A stretch of 64,000 nucleotides of DNA from Flagellimonas sp. (GCF_965212575.1 NZ_OZ243113.1:1115662-1179661); one strand, 5' to 3'. Shown: positions 49,044-60,100, counted from the first letter of the stretch. The notes: a model not told the origin generated them from the letters alone. Program-made: numbers and translations.

Positions 49044-50819
49044 ATGGGAATTCAAACTTGGACGTTTATCATCGTCGGAATCACTTTTGCATTATATATT
49101 GGAATTGCCATTTGGTCCAGGGCCAGTTCAACAAAGGAATTTTATGTAGCCGGTGGAGGGGTTTCCCCTTTGGCGAACGGATTGGCCACCGCAGCAGATT
49201 GGATGTCGGCCGCTTCTTTTTTGGGAATGGCCGGAATCATTGCCTTTTCTGGCTATGACGGCTCGGTATATTTGATGGGTTGGACAGGGGGTTATGTGCT
49301 TTTGGCCTTATTGCTGGCACCTTACTTGAGAAAATTCGGAAAATTTACGGTTCCCGATTTTATCGGTGACCGCTACTATAGCAATGTCGCCCGGACGGTA
49401 GCTGTTATCGCTGCACTTTTTGTCTCCTTCACCTATGTTGCTGGACAAATGCGTGGCGTTGGCGTGGTTTTTTCACGCTTTTTGGATGTTGAGGTAAATA
49501 CCGGCGTTTATATTGGAATGGCGGTGGTATTGTTCTACGCCTTTTTAGGTGGAATGAAAGGAATCACCTATACCCAGGTGGCCCAATATTGTGTGTTGAT
49601 TTTTGCCTTTATGGTCCCGGCCATATTTATCTCGATTATGGCTACCGGAAATCCAATTCCGCAATTAGGTTTTGGTTCTGCAGGTGAAGATGGAATCTAT
49701 TTATTGGATAAATTGGATGGTTTGATGACGGATTTGGGATTTACGGCCTATACCGATGGTACGAAGTCGACCACCGATGTCTTTTTTATTACGGCAGCCT
49801 TGATGTTGGGAACCGCAGGCTTGCCCCATGTGATCATCCGTTTCTTTACCGTACCGAAGGTACGGGATGCCCGTAAATCAGCAGGGTATGCCTTATTGTT
49901 CATTGCCATTCTCTATACCACTGCACCGGCCATTGCTGTTTTTGCCCGTACAAATTTGATGGAAACGGTTGAGGATACACCCTACAAAGAAATTCCGCCT
50001 TGGTTTACCAAATGGGAAGATACCGGACTTATAGCCTGGACCGATAAAAACGGAGATGGAAAGATTCAATATTTACCCGGTTCCGCAATTGATGGCAAAA
50101 AACCTTTGTTTAGCGGTCAAAGAGGAGACTACGGGGAACGAAAAATATCAAACTTAAGTGTTTCTGCCAATGAGCTTTATGTAGATAGGGACATTACGGT
50201 TCTTGCAAACCCTGAAATTGCCGGATTACCCAATTGGATCATTGCTTTGGTGGCGGCTGGCGGATTGGCAGCAGCCCTATCCACAGCAGCCGGATTACTT
50301 TTGGTAATCTCAACTTCAATTTCACATGATTTGATCAAGAAACAATTTGCTCCGGACATTTCGGATAAAAAAGAGCTATTGATTGCCCGCCTTGCTGCCG
50401 TTCTTGCGGTTACGGTTGCTGGTTACTTTGGAATTCATCCGCCCGGTTTTGTGGCATCTGTGGTAGCCTTGGCCTTTGGCCTTGCTGCGTCTTCTTTTTT
50501 CCCTGCAATTGTTATGGGAATTTTTAGCAAGCGGATGAATAGGGAAGGAGCCATCACAGGCATGATCGCTGGTCTTGGAATTACAACCTATTATATTGCC
50601 CGATTCAAATTGGGATGGATTGGAGACCCGGAAACCAGCACATCCAATGATTGGTGGTTTGGTATTTCGCCAGAGGGCTTTGGAACTGTTGGTATGTTGG
50701 TCAATTTTGCTATTTCGTTGGCGGTATCACGATTTTATGCTCCTCCTCCTGAACATGTGCAAGAAATTGTGGAGAATATCCGAATTCCAAGTGGGGCAGG
50801 AGATGCCATAGATCATTAA
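49044..50819 (+). CDS. Sodium:solute symporter family permease (acetate/monocarboxylate-type, DUF4212-partnered)
   Basis: 591 aa, polytopic. SSS blocks are present (GLATAADWMSAASFLGMAG, GGMKGITYTQVAQ). Confidence 0.85.
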   Translation: MGIQTWTFIIVGITFALYIGIAIWSRASSTKEFYVAGGGVSPLANGLATAADWMSAASFLGMAGIIAFSGYDGSVYLMGWTGGYVLLALLLAPYLRKFGKFTVPDFIGDRYYSNVARTVAVIAALFVSFTYVAGQMRGVGVVFSRFLDVEVNTGVYIGMAVVLFYAFLGGMKGITYTQVAQYCVLIFAFMVPAIFISIMATGNPIPQLGFGSAGEDGIYLLDKLDGLMTDLGFTAYTDGTKSTTDVFFITAALMLGTAGLPHVIIRFFTVPKVRDARKSAGYALLFIAILYTTAPAIAVFARTNLMETVEDTPYKEIPPWFTKWEDTGLIAWTDKNGDGKIQYLPGSAIDGKKPLFSGQRGDYGERKISNLSVSANELYVDRDITVLANPEIAGLPNWIIALVAAGGLAAALSTAAGLLLVISTSISHDLIKKQFAPDISDKKELLIARLAAVLAVTVAGYFGIHPPGFVASVVALAFGLAASSFFPAIVMGIFSKRMNREGAITGMIAGLGITTYYIARFKLGWIGDPETSTSNDWWFGISPEGFGTVGMLVNFAISLAVSRFYAPPPEHVQEIVENIRIPSGAGDAIDH

Positions 50820-50821
50820 TG

Positions 50822-50835
50822 CCAGGTTAACCTGG
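50822..50835. terminator. Short palindromic hairpin between convergent genes
   Basis: CCAGGTTAACCTGG gives a 5-bp stem with a 4-nt loop and no clear U tract. Weak. Confidence 0.25.
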
Positions 50836-50844
50836 GGAAGAAAA

Positions 50845-51987
50845 TCATATTCTGATGTCAAAATCCAATCGAATACGTTGACCATTTTCAAGGGTTGTTC
50901 CCGTAGGCACCAATTGTTCCACCCAGTAATATTTCATTTTTATGCTCATGTTCTTACCGATCATATGGCCCAGAACAAATTCCAAACCCTGTAAATTGGT
51001 CAATCTCCCATCTGGTGAATCAAAAGAGGAGTAATCCCATCGGGCCCAATCGTTTTGAGCAAGAAAGTCAACTGCAGCATACTTTTCCAAGTGGGTATAG
51101 GTGACTTTGGCCACCCAATCGCTTTTCTTTTTTAGATTTCCATAGCCAATGGCCATTGACCAAGCTGTTTTCTCATCTTTGAAATCTATTGGGATGGAAG
51201 TGTTGCTGTCATAATTTTCAAGATTTTGATAATAATCCAATTCAATAGTTACAGGATATGATTCAAAAGGTTTGATCGAAGTGCCCAGATGTATTATGGA
51301 ATAGTCAAAAAGGAAGGTAGCAGCCCCATCCGGAATGTCTTGGATATTTTTGAACAAATAAATGCTTGGGTATAGTTGCCATCTTTTATTCCATAGGTTT
51401 GCTACAGCCTGAAATCCTTGAAAATAACTGTCCTGGTCAAACGAAGACCCTCGGGCATTGATAACAAAATGCCCTCCACTGATAGAAATTTCATCAATGG
51501 GACCGGAGGCTGTTGAAAACGCTTTCTTAAGAAAGACCCCTTCAGGATACACATTATCGCTCCAAAAAAGTTCGTTTTTTTTTTCGTACGGAAATGTATT
51601 CTTACCGAACCATGCCGTAAATCCATCTTTTTCGGCTTTAAAATAGGCCTTTTCAAGGGCGATTGGCAGAGTTCCGAATTCGTTAAAACCATCTCCCAAG
51701 GTCAGTTGGGGATCTTGTTGTTTTTTGGGATCCCCGGTACGGATTCTTGCACCCACACTTGCCCAGTCGTTATGTTGATAAGTGGCTCCCGCTCTTAACC
51801 TATACCGTAACCGGGAACGATCGTCCCTAAATGTACCATCGGATTTTCTGGAGTTCCAATCCTGCTCAATGCGAAATCTAAAATCCCCCTCCAATTTAAT
51901 TTTTTTGACCTTTTCTTGGGCCGTTACTATGATGGATAAAAGAAATAGGGTGTAAACGAGATTGGTCAGTTTTGATTTCAAAATCAA
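50845..51987 (-). CDS. Putative outer-membrane porin (beta-barrel)
   Basis: 380 aa. Signal peptide ending TAQE, with alternating hydrophobic beta-strand patterns throughout. The function call is contextual. Confidence 0.55.
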   Translation of the reverse strand: MILKSKLTNLVYTLFLLSIIVTAQEKVKKIKLEGDFRFRIEQDWNSRKSDGTFRDDRSRLRYRLRAGATYQHNDWASVGARIRTGDPKKQQDPQLTLGDGFNEFGTLPIALEKAYFKAEKDGFTAWFGKNTFPYEKKNELFWSDNVYPEGVFLKKAFSTASGPIDEISISGGHFVINARGSSFDQDSYFQGFQAVANLWNKRWQLYPSIYLFKNIQDIPDGAATFLFDYSIIHLGTSIKPFESYPVTIELDYYQNLENYDSNTSIPIDFKDEKTAWSMAIGYGNLKKKSDWVAKVTYTHLEKYAAVDFLAQNDWARWDYSSFDSPDGRLTNLQGLEFVLGHMIGKNMSIKMKYYWVEQLVPTGTTLENGQRIRLDFDIRI

Positions 51988-52235
51988 ATGGATTGATATT
52001 TATGTGATAAGGATGAAAAAATGGACTTGAATCCAATACCGATGCTAAGGTAGCCCATGTTGGGCACAACCCAAAAATAAGATTCTAAATAATTTTACAT
52101 TTTGATTGGTTATTCATTAGAATTTTACGGCTTAAAATATGGGATGCGCAATTTTGTTGAGTTTAGTTTGAACAGGGCTCGGGCAGTATCACTTTTTTGC
52201 TATTTTTAGTTCTTCGTAAAATTTCAACCGATACC

Positions 52236-54143
52236 ATGAGCAATTATCACATCAAGCACCTGGAAGAGTATTTTCAGGTATACCGAAAATCAGTTAGAAA
52301 TCCAGAAGCATTTTGGGAAGAAATCGCAGAGGAACACTTTGTTTGGCGTAAACGATGGGACAATGTTCTGGAATGGGATTTTTTGAAACCTGAAGTAAAA
52401 TGGTTTGATGGAGCAAAGCTTAATATTACCGAAAACTGCATCGACAGGCATTTGCACATTCGTGGAGACAAGACGGCTATTCTTTTTGAACCCAATAGTC
52501 CAGACGAAGAAGCGGAGCATATCACTTACAAACAACTTCATGAACGTGTTTGCAAGTTTGCCAATGTGCTAAAGGATAATGGAATCCAAAAAGGGGATAG
52601 GGTAGTTATCTATTTGCCCATGATTCCAGAATTGGCGGTTTCCGTACTGGCCTGTGCCCGAATTGGTGCTATTCATTCGGTGGTTTTTGCAGGATTTTCA
52701 TCCACCGCATTGGCCACTAGAATCAATGATTGCGAAGCCAAAATGGTGCTGACCTCCGATGGTTCTTACAGAGGTGGAAAAACAATAGATTTAAAAGGAA
52801 TTGTAGACGATGCACTAAAACAATGTCCGGGAGTGGAAACGGTTTTGGTAGCCAAGCGTACCAATGCGGAAATTCATATGGAAACCGGAAGAGACCATTG
52901 GCTACAACCTTTGTTGGACAATGCATATGCCGATTGTCCTTCAGAAATTATGGATGCAGAGGATCCCTTGTTTATTTTGTACACTTCCGGTTCTACAGGT
53001 CGCCCAAAAGGGATGATGCACAGTACTGCCGGATATATGGTGTATACCGCCTTTACATTTAAAAATGTGTTCCAATACCGTGAAGATGATGTGTATTGGT
53101 GTACTGCCGACATTGGTTGGATCACCGGTCATTCCTATATTGTTTATGGGCCATTGGCCAATGGTGCCACCACGGTGATGTTCGAGGGAGTTCCTTCATA
53201 TCCTGATTTTGGGCGGTTCTGGGAGATTGTTGAAAAACATAAAGTGACACAATTTTATACTGCCCCTACAGCAATTAGAGCCTTGGCAAAGGAGAACCTT
53301 GATTTTGTGACCAAGCACGACCTTTCGAGCCTAAAGGTCTTAGGAACCGTTGGAGAGCCCATAAACGAAGAGGCATGGCATTGGTACAATGATCATGTTG
53401 GTGAGAAGAAATGTCCCATTGTGGACACATGGTGGCAAACCGAAACAGGAGGAATATTGATTTCCCCAGTACCTTTTTCAACCCCAACCAAGCCTACCTA
53501 TGCCACTTTGCCCATGCCAGGGGTACAACCTGCGCTAATGGATGAGAATGGCAAGGAGATTCACGGAAACCAGGTGGATGGACGACTTTGCATCAAATTC
53601 CCATGGCCTTCTATTGCCAGAACCATTTGGGGAGACCATAAAAGATATAAGGACACCTATTTTTCAGCTTATGAAGGAAAATATTTTACTGGAGATGGTG
53701 CGTTGAGGGATGAAGTTGGATACTATCGAATCACAGGTAGGGTAGATGATGTGATCATAGTTTCAGGTCACAATTTAGGTACGGCACCCATTGAAGATGC
53801 CATTAACGAACATCCAGCGGTGGCAGAATCAGCCATTGTTGGTTTCCCGCACGACATTAAAGGAAATGCGCTTTATGGTTATGTGATATTGAAAGAAACA
53901 GGTGAGTCCCGAGATCGCGACAATTTGAAAAAGGAAATCAATCAAATGATAACAGACCATATTGGACCAATCGCCAAGTTGGACAAGATTCAATTTGTTC
54001 CAGGACTTCCCAAAACCCGTAGTGGAAAAATCATGCGACGTATCCTTAGGAAAATTGCATCAAAAGACACGGCTAACCTCGGCGATATATCAACTTTGTT
54101 GAATCCAGAGGTGGTCGAGAAAATTATGGAAGAAGCCTTATAA
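52236..54143 (+). CDS. acs: Acetyl-CoA synthetase
   Basis: I chose the ATG at 52236 (MSNYHIKHLEEYF); the track ORF starts at 52197. Has YTSGSTGRPKG, WWQTETGG and PKTRSGKIMRR. Confidence 0.93.
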   Translation: MSNYHIKHLEEYFQVYRKSVRNPEAFWEEIAEEHFVWRKRWDNVLEWDFLKPEVKWFDGAKLNITENCIDRHLHIRGDKTAILFEPNSPDEEAEHITYKQLHERVCKFANVLKDNGIQKGDRVVIYLPMIPELAVSVLACARIGAIHSVVFAGFSSTALATRINDCEAKMVLTSDGSYRGGKTIDLKGIVDDALKQCPGVETVLVAKRTNAEIHMETGRDHWLQPLLDNAYADCPSEIMDAEDPLFILYTSGSTGRPKGMMHSTAGYMVYTAFTFKNVFQYREDDVYWCTADIGWITGHSYIVYGPLANGATTVMFEGVPSYPDFGRFWEIVEKHKVTQFYTAPTAIRALAKENLDFVTKHDLSSLKVLGTVGEPINEEAWHWYNDHVGEKKCPIVDTWWQTETGGILISPVPFSTPTKPTYATLPMPGVQPALMDENGKEIHGNQVDGRLCIKFPWPSIARTIWGDHKRYKDTYFSAYEGKYFTGDGALRDEVGYYRITGRVDDVIIVSGHNLGTAPIEDAINEHPAVAESAIVGFPHDIKGNALYGYVILKETGESRDRDNLKKEINQMITDHIGPIAKLDKIQFVPGLPKTRSGKIMRRILRKIASKDTANLGDISTLLNPEVVEKIMEEAL

Positions 54144-54322
54144 AAAAGCCCTATTAATGGTTTTTTTTTGTAGCGAGAGGGGGACTTGAACTCCCTAGCT
54201 CAAGGTTATAAAGGAAAGTTTGAGCATTTTCCAAAAGGTTGGTCTGGATAGCTGCAAATCATGATATAGAATTATTTTGCAAAATGTTTATCGTATCAAT
54301 TAAACAACCAACACTATGCTAA

Positions 54323-55798
54323 TCAACTTTTATAACTTCTAACAAGCTGGGCCATCATACGTAGTTTTTTTGTCATCAAAATCTCATTCACCGAACAATA
54401 TCCCATGACAAGGCCGTTCCCTTCCTTTGGGTTCTTATAATAGTTCCCCAAAGGGTGTGCAACTATCCCATTTTGTCCCAAGTATTCTGATAAATCCTTA
54501 TCATTAATATTCCTGTTCAATTTTCCAATAAGATGCAGTCCCTGGGATTTTTCTTCAAGGGAGATATGGGCAGCAAGATGCTTTTCAAAATAGCCAACAA
54601 ATATTTCCCTCCTTCGAGCGGTGACCTCCATTATGTTCCTCAAATGGTCGTTCAGATAGTCCCTTTCCATAAAGGCATTCAAAGTTTTTTGCAGGTACGG
54701 GGAAATAAATCTATTGGAATGCTGGTGAAGAGCCAGAACCGAATCCAACATAAAGTTGGGCACTATGGCATAGCCAACTCGGAGCGACGGATGTAACAAT
54801 TTATTAAATGTTCCCAAATACACAACCCTATCATCATTGTTAAGGCTATAAATGGCAGGTAATGGATTTTCCCAATTGCTAAACTCATGGTCATAGTCGT
54901 CCTCGATGATTATGGACTGTTTGGTTTGGACCCAATCGTTTAATTTTATCCTACGGTCCATGCTCATTCTAACACCGGTGGGGTACTGGTTTGATGGGGT
55001 AGTATAGACCAATTTGGGCTGTCGGTTTCTGAAAGATTCCAAATCGATGCCCTCTTTGTCAACAGGCGCATAAAAAATCTTGGACTGGAGAGCTTCCAGA
55101 ATTTTTCGGGCATTGGGATACGTTGGGTTCTCGGTCACCACTTGGTCTCCTTTATCGACCAATACATTAAAAATCAGGTACAGGGAGTGCAGGGAGCCAG
55201 TGGTAATGACAATTTGATGGGGATCACATTCAATATTCCTATAAAACTTAAGGTAGTTGGCGATGTTCTTCCGCAATGACTTTATCCCACTGGACCCATA
55301 ATAAGTGAGCTCAGAGCTGGTCACCTTTTTCCAATATTCGTTGGAGAGTGTCTGCCATTTTACCAACGGAAATAAATCCAATGGTGGCAGACCAGGTCTA
55401 AAAGGAATACTTTTGCGTTCTTCTCTTAGGTTAATTCTTTTGCTGAACTTTAACCCTAACTTGGACAAATGGGGTTTTCGCTTCTCTTTTGTTGATTTTA
55501 GCTCCGATACAACGTCCAGCGCCATCATTTTTTTGGGTGCGATGAAAACCCCAGCGCCACCTTTGGACCAAGCAAATCCATCCCCAATCAATTTGTCATA
55601 CGCTTTGATAACCGTACTCCTGGATACACCCAAGTCTTTGGCCATCAACCTGGTTGGAGGTAAGGCTTCGTTTTCATTCAGCGTACCAAAAACAATGGAA
55701 TCTCTTAGCGCGTGATAGAGATTCTGATAAATATTGGTATAGGGTAGATTTGTATCGAATCCATGTTTCCTCAATATGCTTTTAATGTTGTATCGCAA
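54323..55798 (-). CDS. MocR/GabR/PdxR-type regulator (GntR HTH fused to fold-type I aminotransferase-like domain)
   Basis: 491 aa. N-terminal wHTH (LPPTRLMAKDLGVSRSTVIKAYDKLIGDG) plus a roughly 350-aa aminotransferase-like domain. TTG start assumed. Confidence 0.85.
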   Translation of the reverse strand: MRYNIKSILRKHGFDTNLPYTNIYQNLYHALRDSIVFGTLNENEALPPTRLMAKDLGVSRSTVIKAYDKLIGDGFAWSKGGAGVFIAPKKMMALDVVSELKSTKEKRKPHLSKLGLKFSKRINLREERKSIPFRPGLPPLDLFPLVKWQTLSNEYWKKVTSSELTYYGSSGIKSLRKNIANYLKFYRNIECDPHQIVITTGSLHSLYLIFNVLVDKGDQVVTENPTYPNARKILEALQSKIFYAPVDKEGIDLESFRNRQPKLVYTTPSNQYPTGVRMSMDRRIKLNDWVQTKQSIIIEDDYDHEFSNWENPLPAIYSLNNDDRVVYLGTFNKLLHPSLRVGYAIVPNFMLDSVLALHQHSNRFISPYLQKTLNAFMERDYLNDHLRNIMEVTARRREIFVGYFEKHLAAHISLEEKSQGLHLIGKLNRNINDKDLSEYLGQNGIVAHPLGNYYKNPKEGNGLVMGYCSVNEILMTKKLRMMAQLVRSYKS

Positions 55799-55801
55799 AA
55801 T

Positions 55802-55855
55802 TGGTATGTTTAATTCTAAAAAATTGGTAGGTGTAATTTAAGATAACTTTGGTAT
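55802..55855. promoter_or_regulatory. Three direct TGGTA(T/G) repeats in the MocR-divergent intergenic region; candidate MocR operator
   Basis: TGGTAT at 55802-55807, TGGTAG at 55825-55830 and TGGTAT at 55850-55855, spaced 23 and 25 nt apart. The first two sit inside a 17/20-identical direct repeat, AAAATTGGTA(T/G)GT(T/G)TAATT. TGGTAT is the complement of ATACCA. Confidence 0.45.
55824..55851 (+). promoter_or_regulatory. Candidate Bacteroidetes promoter for the M14-SusC-SusD operon
   Basis: TTG (55824-55826), a 17-nt spacer, then TAACTTTG (55844-55851). The latter is a perfect TAnnTTTG -7 element 38 nt upstream of the start at 55890. Confidence 0.4.
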
Positions 55856-55889
55856 AATTTCAAGTAGCTAACGACAAACCAAAAGAACA

Positions 55890-57131
55890 TTGACTCGGAT
55901 ACCCATAAAATATGTTTGGGTTATATGCCTATTATTCTTAATAATCGCATGCGCGGGTGTGCCCAAGGTCCGTTTTGAATCCCCTGTGGATACAAGAACC
56001 AAGACCATAGAGCAACAGCTAAAGACCACCTACTCATTGAGTGAAATTGGTGTGCACGCCAGTAATAAGTTTGATGGTGCCCGGCTGAACGGTTTTAAAA
56101 TCTTGAATGACTCCACCGCCAAGGTTATCATTAAACCTGAAAATACTCCCATTAACAATAGTCCCTATTACGCATTTTCCATTTGGTCCGATGATCAGCG
56201 TCCTTTTTATCTGACCTTTGATTACCCTGAAGGGTTCAAACATAGGTATACACCAAAATTAAAGCGGTCAGGCAGGTGGAGTATCATCGATTCCACCAAA
56301 ATATTCAAAAAGGATACCATAGTGACCATAAAGGTAGAATTGGACAGGCAACCACTTACTATTGCTGCCCAAGAGATCCAATCTTCACGGGATGTTTCCA
56401 ATTGGTATACGCCCTTAATGGGCAACTATTCCTATGCGCATAAAAATAGTATTGGGCAGAGTACATTGGGAAGGGATTTGGTAGTATTGGATATCAATAA
56501 GCCATCTAGCCACAAAAAAGAACTCGTGGTACTCATGACCAGGCAACATCCACCTGAGGTCACAGGTTATTATGCATTTCAATCCTTTTTGGAGACCATA
56601 TTGGATAATTCTGAATTGGCAAATACCTTTTTGGAACGCTATCGCGTATTGGCCTTTCCACTAATGAATCCCGACGGAGTGGATCTTGGACATTGGAGGC
56701 ACAATGCGGGAGGTGTTGATACCAACAGGGATTGGTCCAAGTACAGACAACCAGAAGTGAGGCATGCAGCGGATTATATCCATGATATCATGAAAAGGGA
56801 AGAAATGGAGTTAGTGTTGGGGCTTGATTTTCATTCCACCTGGTACGATGTTTTTTACACCAATACGAAACGCGAAGAAACTGCAATGCCGGAATTTGTG
56901 GACGAGTGGTTTTCGGCACTTGAAAACAACATTGAAGACTATAAGGTCAATGAGCAGGCAGGGAACAGCAAAAAGCCAGTGTCCAAAGGTTGGTTTTTAT
57001 ATGGTCACAATGCAGTGGGTATCACTTATGAAATTGGAGATGCCACTCCCAAGGACGACATAGAAAAATTTGGAACTATATCTTCCAAAGAAATGATGAA
57101 ACTATTAATCAATAAACAAATGAGCAACTAA
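55890..57131 (+). CDS. M14-family zinc carboxypeptidase, lipoprotein
   Basis: 413 aa. Lipobox LIIAC. Has QHPPE (HxxE zinc motif), NPDGV, DTNRDW and LDFHS. TTG start. Confidence 0.8.
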   Translation: MTRIPIKYVWVICLLFLIIACAGVPKVRFESPVDTRTKTIEQQLKTTYSLSEIGVHASNKFDGARLNGFKILNDSTAKVIIKPENTPINNSPYYAFSIWSDDQRPFYLTFDYPEGFKHRYTPKLKRSGRWSIIDSTKIFKKDTIVTIKVELDRQPLTIAAQEIQSSRDVSNWYTPLMGNYSYAHKNSIGQSTLGRDLVVLDINKPSSHKKELVVLMTRQHPPEVTGYYAFQSFLETILDNSELANTFLERYRVLAFPLMNPDGVDLGHWRHNAGGVDTNRDWSKYRQPEVRHAADYIHDIMKREEMELVLGLDFHSTWYDVFYTNTKREETAMPEFVDEWFSALENNIEDYKVNEQAGNSKKPVSKGWFLYGHNAVGITYEIGDATPKDDIEKFGTISSKEMMKLLINKQMSN

Positions 57132-57146
57132 CTTAAATCTAGCTAA

Positions 57147-60100
57147 ATGAGAAAAACCCTCTTACTTTTAATTTTTTTGACTTTGGGACTGTCAGCAGCC
57201 AGTGCCCAACAAACCGTCACCGGAACCGTAAGTGACGGAAACGTACCCTTGCCCGGGGCTTCGGTCGTGGTAAAGGGAACCACCAATGGCACAACAACCG
57301 ATTTTGATGGGAACTACTCCATTTCTGTGGAAGTTGGCCAAATCCTTGTTTTCACTTATGTGGGATATGCAACACAGGAACAAACGGTGACAGACCAAAC
57401 AACCATTCATGTGGTTTTGACCGAAGATGCCCAAGCTCTTGATGAAGTTGTGGTTACCGCTTTGGGATTTGTGGAAAAACGAGATAAAATGGCGTCCACT
57501 TATTCCAAAATTGATGCGGATAAACTAGTGCAACCTGTTGAAAACAAAATTATTGATGGAATTGCTGGTAAAGCGGCCGGTGTTAGCATCAATGCCACGT
57601 CAGGTGACCCTGGTGCCGGTTCCAACATTCAGATTCGGGGAACCAGTTCACTTAGTGGATCCAGCCAACCTTTGATTGTTGTGGATGGTATTCCACTGAA
57701 CAACGACAATATAGCGGGATCTGGGGATAGCGATCAGTCGGCTGGTGTGTCACAACAGTCAAGGCTCAATGACATCAATCCAGAGGATATTGAATCGTTC
57801 CAAGTGTTCAAAGGAGCCTCTGCAGGTGCCTTGTACGGTTCACGGGCGTTGAATGGGGTCATTGTAATAACCACCAAAAAAGGTAAGGCCGGTAAATTCA
57901 ATATTAACTACTCCACCGGTGTTTCCATTGATCAAATTTCAATTAAGCATCCTTTGCAAACCACATTTGGACAAGGAAACGGAGGTAATTTTGTTGCCGA
58001 TGCACAAAGATCCTGGGGAGATAGGATTTCGGAACGGGCCGGGGGCGCTGATGAGGTGAATACATCCGGTCAATTCTTCGAGTCCTTGGTCTCCGACAAC
58101 ATTATTTATCCCATTACCCAAAAGAACTCCAGGGAGATATTCGTGGACAGGAACTTTGACCAGGTTTTTCAATCGGGGATAACTTATGATAATAAGGTTT
58201 CCGTGAGCAGCGGTAATGAAAAAGGCACCTATTACATAAGTGCGGCCCATGTAAATCAGGATGGTATTATTAAAGGAAGTTATTACAAGAAAACCAATTT
58301 TACCATGAATCTGACCCAAAACCTAACGGATAGGCTACGCGCCAATTTTAAGGCCAACTATGTGCATACCGGATCCAATAGAACCCAACAAGGTTCAAAT
58401 ACCGCAGGTTTATATCTAGGACTTTTGCGTACCGCACCGGATTTTGATCAGTCGGATTACATTGGAAATCACCATAGTAGTTCTGGTTCAATTACCCCAA
58501 ACAGACACCGGGGTTACCGAAGGTACCTTGGAAGCAGTGACAACGTTATATACAATAACCCACTGTGGACGGTCAAGGAACAAAAAAGTACGGCTAACGT
58601 AAATCGATTGATAGGCACAGGTGAAGTGTCCTACCAATGGAATGATAACATTAGCACCATAGTACGGGGAGGTGTGGATTTTTACGTGGACAGCAGGGTA
58701 TATTTCTTCCCTTATTATACAGCTGGTGCAGATCGACGATTTGGGCTATTAAATGACGAAACCATCAACAACGAGGAATATAATGGTGATTTATTGACTA
58801 ATTTCAATTATGAATTGACCGAAAAATTGAATACCAATGTGGTTGTCGGTTTTGGTATCAATGATAGAAGGCGAAAACGAATCTTTACCGAAGCGGATAA
58901 TTTTATTGCCAATTTCAGAAGTCCTTTGGATGCTACGGAGCTTTCAGCTAGAGAAAATATTGGCTCCGAGACAACAAGAACCAATAGGAGGAACATTCGT
59001 TTTTATGGAACTGCCAATTTTGATTATGCCGATCAGTTGATCTTGCAACTGGGAGGGGCCTTTGAAAAACATTCTGTATTGCCAGCAGACAATAATGGTT
59101 TCTTTTATCCAAGTGCCGAATTGGGGTGGACCTTCACCAATGCACTAAAAGATACAGGACCCTTGTCATTTGGTAAAGTAAGGTTGGCCTACGGTCAAGT
59201 GGCCAATGTGCCCATCGCTCACAGGGAGCAAACCGTATTCGAAGTGGGAAGTTTTTCTTCCTTTTCGGATGAGATTGCACTTGAGAATTTCGGAGGTGGA
59301 TTCCAATTTGATGAACGTCTTGGGAATTCAAATCTAAAACCCGAGATCAAAACAGAATACGAGGTAGGTCTAGATCTGAGGTTCCTAAGAAATAGGTTGG
59401 GGATTTCCACCACCTATTACACCAACAAAACTGAGGATGTTCTGCTGGATTTGGCTTTGGTCCCATCCCTTGGTTTTGATGAAATATATGCCAACGGCGC
59501 CACCATAGAAAACGATGGGCTCGAAATTGAGTTCAGATATGACTTCTTGAGAAAACAAGATTGGAGAGGTTCCATTGCCCTAAATTATAGTACCAATGAA
59601 AATATAGTTAGGGGTGTAAATGGTGAAGGGGAGTTTATCCAGGAATTTTCTGAGGGCTCCTCCATCCAATCCGTGGCCATTGATGGCGAACCCCTCGGGG
59701 TTCTATATACCCAGGGAGCCCTTAGAAATGCGGATGGAAGTTTAGCATTGGATGCCAATGGCTTTCCTCAAGTGGACACAAGTGGTAACTTGATTGTAGG
59801 TGATCCCAATCCGGATTGGAGGGGTGGTCTGCAGTTTGACCTTTCCTATAAAAACCTTTCTTTGGCGGCATCCTTTGATACCAGTCAAGGTAACGATCTA
59901 GCACAACGAACACGCTTTATCCTTGCTTTCTTTGGAACCCATGCTGATGTGGGTAAGACCATCACTCTGGATGAGCAATTGGTGAATTATGACGGCGATG
60001 TTTTCCCTGCTGGTTCTGTTGTGAGAGGCAATATTGAAAATTTTGGCGGCGGAAATGTACTTCTTGATGAGGATTACTATACTTCCTTATATGGATTTGG

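Noticed and set aside
54160-54250. Possible complete tRNA gene on the minus strand around the T-arm-like sequence.
   Set aside because: Only the T-arm and acceptor 3' strand are recognisable. I could not form D or anticodon stems, or the 5' acceptor strand (AGCGAGA), from the upstream sequence. It is reported only as a fragment.
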